From assembly GCA_034722955.1 (NCBI GenBank), contig JAYEOM010000001.1, positions 38,987-63,617 on the forward strand: a DNA stretch of 24,631 nucleotides. Direction: 5' to 3'. The stretch comes from Campylobacterota bacterium (GTDB taxonomy: Bacteria > Campylobacterota > Campylobacteria > Campylobacterales > Sulfurovaceae). Numbering within the stretch: position 1 is the stretch's first letter; each line of letters starts with the position of its first letter. A program made the translations under genes and the position numbers. A model generated the notes under the pieces. That model was not told the origin of the DNA, made no database searches, and worked only from the letters and a program-made list of their open reading frames with translations. Below are positions 17,439 through 24,631 of the stretch, piece after piece.

Positions 17439-17590
17439 GGTTTTTCAAAGTGTAGCGTATATACCTAAAACTCATCCTACAATTAGGGTTCAAAGCAAAT
17501 CTACGCTAAAATAGAGTATGTAGAATATCCAAGAAGAGGACTATCTATTTAGGAGTGATATCGGAGTATATCGAACTAAAAGGAGAGTGG

Positions 17591-19009
17591 ATGAGTATTT
17601 TGAAAAGTTCTGTTTTTATACTATTGGTAGCTGCAGTTATCGGTAGTTTTTATATACACAAAGATACTACACTCATAAAAGGTCAAGAGGCAGACTATAT
17701 AGGAAGTGATAGCTGCAAGCAGTGTCACAACAAAAAGCATCACAGCTGGCACCACTCAACTCATCCTAAAATATTTCAAAAATATAGTGACAGATCTCAA
17801 ATAGTAGCCGATTTCAAAAATAGACCCGATTTTGTAAAGTTTGATGAAGAGGATATAGAGGTTATAGTTGGCGGCAAGTGGGAGCAGGTATTTGCTAGGG
17901 AGATAGATGGTGAGTACTATCCGTTTCCTGCCAAATGGTTGAATCTCACAAAAGAGTGGGTACCCTACAAGACGGACAAATGGAGAGATACCCCATTGAA
18001 TCAAAAGTGCAACGGATGTCACACTACAGGACTGAATGTAAAGACAGGAGAGTTTAAAGAGTATGGAGTCTCTTGCGAATCTTGCCATGGACCAGCTAGC
18101 AGACATGTACAAAACAAGCGTATCCTAGGAGACCCGAAGTGCACTATTTGTCATAGCTCAAAGAGTCTCAAAGATGAGCTTGAAAAAGAGATGGATATAG
18201 TTGTATCGATCAAGTCAGCTGTATGTGGGCAGTGTCACAGCAGAGGGATAGAGAAGATACTAAACTCCCATGAGACACAAGTAGAGTTTAATTTCCCTAT
18301 CGAATATCTTCCTGGGCAGATGCTGAGCAAAAACTTTCAACAGACAACTCCACAGAGTGATAAAAAAGGCAAAAATTGGTGGGGCAATGGTATCTCCAAA
18401 AATAGACACCAAGAGTATGCCGACTTTGCCAAGTCAGGACATTCAAAATCTCTAAGAAATCTACGAACAAAGAGAAGAGTCGCGTGCAAAGAGCATCCCA
18501 ACGACAACTGCCTAAAGTGTCATAGTGGTGACTATATCATAGCAAAAAGACAAAAAGATAGACTAGACAATAAAAAGAGCATAACACTGCCAACTATAGA
18601 TAATGCCAAAGATAGCATAACCTGTGTTGTATGTCATCAACCCCACAAGGTAGGAGATAGCAGTATAAAGGTCTCCGACAAATGCATAGAGTGCCATACC
18701 AAAGATACAAAAACACTAAAAGAGCATAAAAAACACTACCCATGTCCCAGCCAAAAGGTCACTTGTGTTGATTGTCATATGCCAAAAATTGCCAAAACAG
18801 GAGGGAAATTCACTATAAGAAGCCATGCCTTTAGGATCATACCGCCAGAGGCAACTATAAAATACGGTATGCCCAACTCTTGTCAAAATGGATCTTGCCA
18901 TGCAGATAGATCAACAAAATGGGCAATAGATGAATATAGTAAATTTTATAAAGATAGAAATATCACAAAAAATTTGGCAAAAGAGATAAAGGGGTGGAGC
19001 AGTGAGTAA
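17591..19009 (+). CDS. Membrane-anchored or periplasmic multiheme cytochrome c (9 CxxCH + 1 CX4CH)
   Basis: AAGGAGA RBS and N-terminal hydrophobic anchor. Motifs CKQCH, CNGCH, CESCH, CTICH, CGQCH, CLKCH, CVVCH, CIECH, CVDCH and CQNGSCH. Confidence 0.93.
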   Translation: MSILKSSVFILLVAAVIGSFYIHKDTTLIKGQEADYIGSDSCKQCHNKKHHSWHHSTHPKIFQKYSDRSQIVADFKNRPDFVKFDEEDIEVIVGGKWEQVFAREIDGEYYPFPAKWLNLTKEWVPYKTDKWRDTPLNQKCNGCHTTGLNVKTGEFKEYGVSCESCHGPASRHVQNKRILGDPKCTICHSSKSLKDELEKEMDIVVSIKSAVCGQCHSRGIEKILNSHETQVEFNFPIEYLPGQMLSKNFQQTTPQSDKKGKNWWGNGISKNRHQEYADFAKSGHSKSLRNLRTKRRVACKEHPNDNCLKCHSGDYIIAKRQKDRLDNKKSITLPTIDNAKDSITCVVCHQPHKVGDSSIKVSDKCIECHTKDTKTLKEHKKHYPCPSQKVTCVDCHMPKIAKTGGKFTIRSHAFRIIPPEATIKYGMPNSCQNGSCHADRSTKWAIDEYSKFYKDRNITKNLAKEIKGWSSE

Positions 19010-20858
19010 AAAAATCATCTTTTATCGTAAAATCATCTTCAAGATATTTATCTTGATATCTCTTGTACTGTTTGGTGCATTTGGCATCAATATGATACTA
19101 ACCAATAAAATGCTAGACGAAAGGATAGAACAGAGAATTTTAAGTGATTTTGATTTGGCTTATAACACAACTAGGAACTTTATCAATCTAGTGTCTCAAA
19201 CTTCTCAAATGTGGGCAAAAGATGTAGCATCACACTCTGAACTTTTAGATTCCGATAGGGATAGGTTGAAGAGATATCTTCAAGAAAAAAAGATAGAGAT
19301 GTCTGCCGATTCTATCATACTGTTGAACGATAAAGGTGATATACTGGCACAAATAGGAAGCGAACATATCGTGGATGATTCGCTAGCATATAGAGATATC
19401 GTCCGTCAAACCATCAGAAACCAGACACAGACAACAAAAATAGCCAGAGAGAGAGAAACCTTCATACTCTACTCATCTGCTATCGTCAAAGGGGAGGGAG
19501 ATCTATCGAGAGTCCTAATGGTGGGTTATTTTATCAATGATATATTTTTGGAAAATATCAAAAATAATACTCATCTAGAGTTGGCCTTGATAGGAAATAG
19601 TGCTGTTATGAGCTCCACAAAGTGGGGATCATCACAAAATCTTGCTAAACTGCCAATATCCTATCTGCAATACCAAAATCTACTTAAAAACCCAAAATCA
19701 ACAAGCCAGACAAGATATCAAGATAGATTATATATAGTAAATGTAAGAGAGTTGACCGATAGAGAGTCTCTCACATCAGGATCTATACTGTTAGCTTATC
19801 CATATGATACTATAGCCAAAGAGAAAAGCAGACTATCTAGAAAAAAACTCTTTATCTTTTATGTGATTATATCTGTATCTTTGATCTTGATATATATAGT
19901 TGTGAGAAAATATCTAAAGACTATCAATGAGTTGACAGATGCTATAGAAGATATCTCTGCTCAAAAAACCTATAGAGATATCGATATCTATACAAAAGAT
20001 GAAATCGGACTTTTGGCATATAGCTTCAACCAAATGGGAAGTGAGCTAAATATACTGCATACCGATATGCAGCATCAGATAGAGAGTAAAACTAAAAAGC
20101 TAGATGAACTAAATAAAAATCTTGAAAAAAAGGTAGAGGAGGAGGTTGAAAAAAATCGTCAAAAAGATAAAATAATGCACTTTCAGTCTCGCTTGGCACA
20201 AATGGGAGAGATGCTATCTATGATAGCCCACCAGTGGAGACAGCCGCTCTCAGCTATCTCCTCTGCAAGTGCAGGATTGGAACTCAAGGCAGAACTAGGC
20301 AAAGCAGATAAGGATACAATCATAAAACAATCTAAAAATATAACTAAATATACACATTTTCTTAGTGAAACGATCGATGATTTTAGAAATTTCTTTAGAG
20401 CAGATAAGTGTGAAATAGAGACATCCTATAGTGATATTATCACCTCTGTATTAAGCATAACAGAGAACTCCTTAACCAATAAAAATATATCTATTATCAA
20501 AGAGTTCAATAGTGAAGATAGATTTATGACATATCCAAATGAGATAAGACAGGTGATACTCAATCTCATCAAAAATGCAGAAGATATTTTAGTAGAGAAG
20601 AGTGTAGAGGATCCTTATATAAAGATTGTAACTCACAAGAGCAACAACAAGGACATATTGGAGATCAGTGACAATGGAGGTGGAGTACCTGTAGAGATCA
20701 TAGATAAAATCTTTGATCCATACTTCTCTACAAAACTAAACAGAGATGGTACGGGATTGGGACTCTATATGTCAAAGACTATCATAGATGAGCATTGCCA
20801 TGGTGAACTAACCGTATCCAACACAAAAGATGGTGCACTGTTTAGTATCACACTATGA
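19002..20858 (+). CDS. Membrane sensor histidine kinase (TM-Cache-like-TM-HAMP-HisKA-HATPase)
   Basis: Two TM helices, HAMP DEIGLLAYSFNQM, H-box MIAHQWRQPL, NLIKNAED, DNGGG, GTGLGL. GTG start overlaps the cytochrome stop by 8 nt. Confidence 0.93.
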   Translation: MSKKIIFYRKIIFKIFILISLVLFGAFGINMILTNKMLDERIEQRILSDFDLAYNTTRNFINLVSQTSQMWAKDVASHSELLDSDRDRLKRYLQEKKIEMSADSIILLNDKGDILAQIGSEHIVDDSLAYRDIVRQTIRNQTQTTKIARERETFILYSSAIVKGEGDLSRVLMVGYFINDIFLENIKNNTHLELALIGNSAVMSSTKWGSSQNLAKLPISYLQYQNLLKNPKSTSQTRYQDRLYIVNVRELTDRESLTSGSILLAYPYDTIAKEKSRLSRKKLFIFYVIISVSLILIYIVVRKYLKTINELTDAIEDISAQKTYRDIDIYTKDEIGLLAYSFNQMGSELNILHTDMQHQIESKTKKLDELNKNLEKKVEEEVEKNRQKDKIMHFQSRLAQMGEMLSMIAHQWRQPLSAISSASAGLELKAELGKADKDTIIKQSKNITKYTHFLSETIDDFRNFFRADKCEIETSYSDIITSVLSITENSLTNKNISIIKEFNSEDRFMTYPNEIRQVILNLIKNAEDILVEKSVEDPYIKIVTHKSNNKDILEISDNGGGVPVEIIDKIFDPYFSTKLNRDGTGLGLYMSKTIIDEHCHGELTVSNTKDGALFSITL

Positions 20859-20871
20859 GGAGGTTTGTGCT

Positions 20872-20906
20872 AGGCTACCCCAAGGAGATAAGGCTACCCC
20901 AAGGAG
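20872..20906. repeat. 16-bp direct repeat, two copies (aggctaccccaaggag)
   Basis: Exact copies at 20872-20887 and 20891-20906, in the intergenic region. Confidence 0.85.
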
Positions 20907-20984
20907 GCTCAGACGCTAGTTTGATAATCTCCATTATATAACACAAATAAACAGTATGGTAGAATAGATCATTCAGGAGTCTCT

Positions 20985-22787
20985 ATGCGTGCTATTATTT
21001 ACCTATTTCTATCTCTTTCTCTTCTGCCTTTTCAAGCCAATGCAGCCAGAGAAGTTCAGTCCAACAATATAGAGAAAGAGTTGATCCAAGATCATCAGCA
21101 GGCAGCTATCGGCAACGGAGTAGATTGCAACAGAAGCAGACAGATCAATTTTACAGAGGATGATCTCTCTTGGATAGAGCAGCACCCACAAATAAACTTT
21201 ACCGGTGATCCCAACTGGTTGCCGTTTGAAGCATTTACCAAGGAGGGTAAATATATCGGTATCATTGCCGGCTTGATAGATATCATCGAGAAGAGAAGTT
21301 CACTCAAAATCAACAAAATACCCACAAAAACTTGGGAAGAGTCCATAGGTCATCTCAAAAGTGGCAAAGTCAACATGCTAACCGAGACTACCGACTCTCC
21401 ATTGGGGTCAGAATTTCTCTTTACTCAGGCTATCTTGCCCAATCCTATCGTAGTTATGATGCAGGAGGGAAATCCTTATGTACACTCACTCAGACAACTA
21501 TCTACAAAAAAAATAGCTATTATCAAAGAGTATGGATATATATTCAAAATCAAAGAGAAATACCCAGACTATGACTTTCATGAAGTAGATAATATTCAAG
21601 AGGGTCTATATGGTGTAGCAGAAGGAAAATATGATGCCATGCTGACAACGATGGCTCTAGGTAGCTACACTATGAAAAATATGCAGCTTAGCAATATCCA
21701 AGTTGTCGGCAAAACCGAGTTTAATACACAGATCGGTTTCGCTATCAGTCGTGAATATGCACCTCTAGTTGGTATCTTGAACAAGATTATCAATAGTATA
21801 GACGAACAGACAAAACAGAACATAATGGACAAATGGGTTACCCAGGAGTATATAGAGAAGATCGACTATACGCTTATCTACCGGATAGCTTTTATTGCGT
21901 TTCTGATTATCAGTGGGACACTTTTTTGGAGTTGGCGTCTCAAAAAAGAGATCCATCGTCGTACAATACTCGAAAACAAGCTTGCTCGTGTCAACAAGCA
22001 GATCACTGATTCTATTGAGTTTGCTGCGATTATTCAGCAAGCTTTCATCCCTGAAGAGAGGGAGCTTTCCCTCTTTTTTGAAGACTATTTTACTATCTGG
22101 GAACCTAGAGATATCGTAGGAGGTGATATCTATTTTTTTGATAGACTCAACGACAGAGATCAAGCACTGCTGATACTCATAGATTGCACTGGGCATGGTG
22201 TGCCAGGTGCATTTGTCACAATGCTGGTCAAAACACTAGCTCGCAATCTCCTCTCCTTTATCAACAAAGAAGATGAAGAGGTTGATCCGGCAAAACTATT
22301 GACCATCATCAATCGCTCTTTGAAGCATCTGCTCAAACAACACAATAAAAATTCTCTCTCCAATGCAGGATTGGATGGGGCCATTGTCCATATCGACAGG
22401 AGAGAGTGCAGAGTTATCTATGCCGGAGCCAATATTCCTCTTTTTTACAAAAGAGATACTACAATAACAATGATCAAAGCAGATCGGCACTCTCTGGGGT
22501 ATAAGACATCAAATACCGACTTTATGTTCAGTAACCATCAGCTCTCTTTTGATCAAACAGTGCAGTTTTATCTCACAACTGATGGCTACATCGATCAAAA
22601 TGGCGGAGAGAACGGCTTCCCTATGGGGAGAAAACCATTCAGAAGAGTGCTTGAGACCCATACAGAGGCATCTATGCAAGAGCAGAAGAGTCTCTTGGAA
22701 GAGGCACTTATGGTCTACCAAGGGGATGAAGATCGCAATGATGATATCACTGTCATTGGATTTAGATGCAAAGGGGTAAACGAATGA
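20985..22787 (+). CDS. SiaA-like membrane PP2C/SpoIIE phosphatase with a periplasmic solute-binding (family 3) sensor domain
   Basis: Signal peptide, DPNWLPFE...YIGI (PBPb), one TM, then PRDIVGGDIY, IDCTGHGVPGAF, GLDG, LTTDGYIDQNGG and RNDDITVIG. Confidence 0.88.
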   Translation: MRAIIYLFLSLSLLPFQANAAREVQSNNIEKELIQDHQQAAIGNGVDCNRSRQINFTEDDLSWIEQHPQINFTGDPNWLPFEAFTKEGKYIGIIAGLIDIIEKRSSLKINKIPTKTWEESIGHLKSGKVNMLTETTDSPLGSEFLFTQAILPNPIVVMMQEGNPYVHSLRQLSTKKIAIIKEYGYIFKIKEKYPDYDFHEVDNIQEGLYGVAEGKYDAMLTTMALGSYTMKNMQLSNIQVVGKTEFNTQIGFAISREYAPLVGILNKIINSIDEQTKQNIMDKWVTQEYIEKIDYTLIYRIAFIAFLIISGTLFWSWRLKKEIHRRTILENKLARVNKQITDSIEFAAIIQQAFIPEERELSLFFEDYFTIWEPRDIVGGDIYFFDRLNDRDQALLILIDCTGHGVPGAFVTMLVKTLARNLLSFINKEDEEVDPAKLLTIINRSLKHLLKQHNKNSLSNAGLDGAIVHIDRRECRVIYAGANIPLFYKRDTTITMIKADRHSLGYKTSNTDFMFSNHQLSFDQTVQFYLTTDGYIDQNGGENGFPMGRKPFRRVLETHTEASMQEQKSLLEEALMVYQGDEDRNDDITVIGFRCKGVNE

Positions 22788-23701
22788 AGAGTGAAAATTT
22801 GACTCTCTTGGAACGATTGGATGAGGTGATCGATTCGGAGACTATAGATGAAGCTAAAATCAGAGCGGTTTTAAAAGAGAGCCGAAAATCTATCAAGCGT
22901 TTTGATACAATCCTCAAGCAGTCCGACAAACAACTCTCGCAACAGGTACATCAACTCGAAGAGGAGTTTGAACTTAGAGTACATAGTGAACGGATACTAG
23001 CCCAGCAAGCCAAACATGCTGCTATGGGAGAGATGATGGATGCCGTAGCCCATCAGTGGAAGCAGCCACTCAATGCCATCTCTATGCTCACTGATCTACT
23101 CCTGATAGAGTACAGAGAGGGTGAAGTAGATGAGGCTTATCTTAAGAATTATAAAAAAGTTCTTTGGGAGCAGATCGATCATCTCCTCAATACCTTGACA
23201 GAGTTTCGATCCTTTTTTAGACCAGACAAAGAGAAGAGAGATTTCAATATTCGCCATGCGATTGATTCGGTTTTGCTACTCATCAAAGATGAATTTTTAA
23301 AAGAGATGATCTCCTTTATCATAGAGGGAGATGAGAGACTGGAGTTATATGGTGTAGAGAATGAGTTCAAACATATCATCCTCAATATCCTCAACAATGC
23401 CAAAGATGCCTTCAAAGAGAATGCTATCGCATCACGAAAAATCTCATTTGACATTTACCAAGAGAGCGACATGATCATCTTGGAGATTTGTGACAATGCC
23501 GGTGGCATACCTGCCTCTGTCATTGAGACTATCTTCAAGGCAAATGTCACTACCAAGGCTGAGGGGAAGGGAACAGGAATCGGACTCTATATGAGTGCAC
23601 AGATTGCAGAAAAGATGGCTGCCTCATTGACCGTGACCAACAGAGATGATGGGGCATGCTTCTCATTTAAATCCCAAAAATCTAAGGGGGGAAGAGTATG
23701 A
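22784..23701 (+). CDS. Soluble histidine kinase with short N-terminal coiled coil, 305 aa
   Basis: ATGA overlaps at both ends. H-box AVAHQWKQPL, NILNNAKDA, DNAGG, GTGIGL. No TM or sensor domain. Confidence 0.92.
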   Translation: MKSENLTLLERLDEVIDSETIDEAKIRAVLKESRKSIKRFDTILKQSDKQLSQQVHQLEEEFELRVHSERILAQQAKHAAMGEMMDAVAHQWKQPLNAISMLTDLLLIEYREGEVDEAYLKNYKKVLWEQIDHLLNTLTEFRSFFRPDKEKRDFNIRHAIDSVLLLIKDEFLKEMISFIIEGDERLELYGVENEFKHIILNILNNAKDAFKENAIASRKISFDIYQESDMIILEICDNAGGIPASVIETIFKANVTTKAEGKGTGIGLYMSAQIAEKMAASLTVTNRDDGACFSFKSQKSKGGRV

Positions 23702-24240
23702 ATATGCTCACATTTAAGGATATACTAGAGAGAGAAGGTGTACTTTTCAGTTTTAGCGGTACTGTTTCACAAAACATCTTGAGCAGTCTTGCGGAGACAC
23801 TTGAAAAAGAGTTGAATGCAACAGGTATTGCCTTTACCCTCATCCAAAATATCTTTTCTATTTTTACTGAACAGATGCAAAATATCATGAGTTACTCACA
23901 AGAGCGTATTCACCTAGGAGATAACGCTTTTGAGAGTCCCGGTATCTGCATTGTAGGGTATGATCAGGATAGAGGACACTTCTTTGTGAGCTCTGCAAAT
24001 ATCATTCATCCCGAAGATGAATCAAAACTGAGTAAAAAATTGGATAAAATCATACCTATGAAAAAGAGTGAACTCAGAGAGTACTACAAAGTATTGCGAC
24101 GAAGTGGCAGAGAGAAGCATGGCAGAGGTGCAGGTCTGGGTCTATTGGAGATGGCAAAAAAAAGTGCACTTCCAATGGAGTATGAGATTACCCACTTGGA
24201 TGAAAAGCGATCATTTTTTGAAATAAAAACCTATATCTAA
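23698..24240 (+). CDS. siaB: SiaB-family protein kinase
   Basis: FSFSGTVSQ, FSIFTEQMQNIMSYS, SANII and GAGLGLLEMAKKS motifs. Adjacent to siaC. Confidence 0.9.
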   Translation: MNMLTFKDILEREGVLFSFSGTVSQNILSSLAETLEKELNATGIAFTLIQNIFSIFTEQMQNIMSYSQERIHLGDNAFESPGICIVGYDQDRGHFFVSSANIIHPEDESKLSKKLDKIIPMKKSELREYYKVLRRSGREKHGRGAGLGLLEMAKKSALPMEYEITHLDEKRSFFEIKTYI

Positions 24241-24250
24241 CGGAGTAAAA

Positions 24251-24631
24251 ATGGAAAATTTACATATTGAAGCGACAAAATATACACCACAGATTGATCT
24301 GGATGCCAAAGCCGGCCTGCTCTGCTTTTCGGGCAAAAGCTATCCTGAAAATACCTTTGACTTCTACCAACCCACGATGAAGTGGATCCAAGAGTTTTTT
24401 GAACAAGATAGAGAGATAAAAAGCCGGCTTAAGATGGATATCATCTATTTTAACTCAAGTAGCTCCAAACTCTTTTTTGATCTTTTTGATATCATCGAAG
24501 AGGCACAAGATGCAGGAAATAGTATCACTATAGAGTGGTTCTATGATGGGGAAAATGAAAATGCTTTGGAGGCAGGCGAGGACTTTAAAGAGGATTTTGA
24601 ATCTCTCGATTTTAATCTCATAAAGAGATAA
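24251..24631 (+). CDS. siaC: SiaC-family (DUF1987) regulatory phosphoprotein
   Basis: IEATKYTP, SGKSYPEN, FYQP, YFNSSSSK, IEWFY and EAGEDFKED motifs. Confidence 0.93.
   Translation: MENLHIEATKYTPQIDLDAKAGLLCFSGKSYPENTFDFYQPTMKWIQEFFEQDREIKSRLKMDIIYFNSSSSKLFFDLFDIIEEAQDAGNSITIEWFYDGENENALEAGEDFKEDFESLDFNLIKR

Noticed and set aside
17591..19009. NrfA, HAO/epsilon-Hao or MccA assignment for the multiheme protein
   Set aside because: There is no CxxCK or CX15CH motif, the heme count and spacing do not fit, and partner genes are absent.
20867..20941. 24-codon GTG ORF after a GGAGG, spanning the direct repeat
   Set aside because: No coding features. Probably a chance product of the repeat.

Overview
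Chromosomal segment from a Campylobacterota bacterium, probably Sulfurovum/Sulfurimonas-like (inferred from the HQW[RK]QPL kinase H-boxes, the futalosine-type UbiD decarboxylase, stand-alone CZB and PilJ proteins and the tRNA sequences). Left end (1-1260): an AT-rich accessory patch with a start-less DUF3825-like fragment and a DCL(DUF3223)+HNH-like gene, directly downstream of ileS and a 37-aa membrane peptide missing from the ORF track. Middle: a secreted unknown protein, a UbiD/MqnL decarboxylase, a CZB protein, an orphan GlcNAc-type PTS EIICB, ppk2, and a four-gene operon in which three secreted tandem PilJ/NarX-like proteins precede a NIT-domain hybrid histidine kinase. Then a seven-tRNA operon (Lys-Val-Asp-Lys-Glu-Val-Asp) whose spacers carry a 38-bp covarying double-hairpin repeat, cinA, and a ~60-bp MITE-like inverted repeat. 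Right end: a 9-10-heme cytochrome c overlapping a Cache-HAMP histidine kinase, and a siaA/siaB/siaC-type operon with an inserted soluble histidine kinase bearing a SiaD-like N-terminal helix. Best candidates for undescribed systems are the Sia-to-histidine-kinase variant, the PilJ x3 + NIT kinase operon, the multiheme cytochrome-kinase pair and the tRNA-linked repeat. All family calls come from motif recognition by eye, without database searches.
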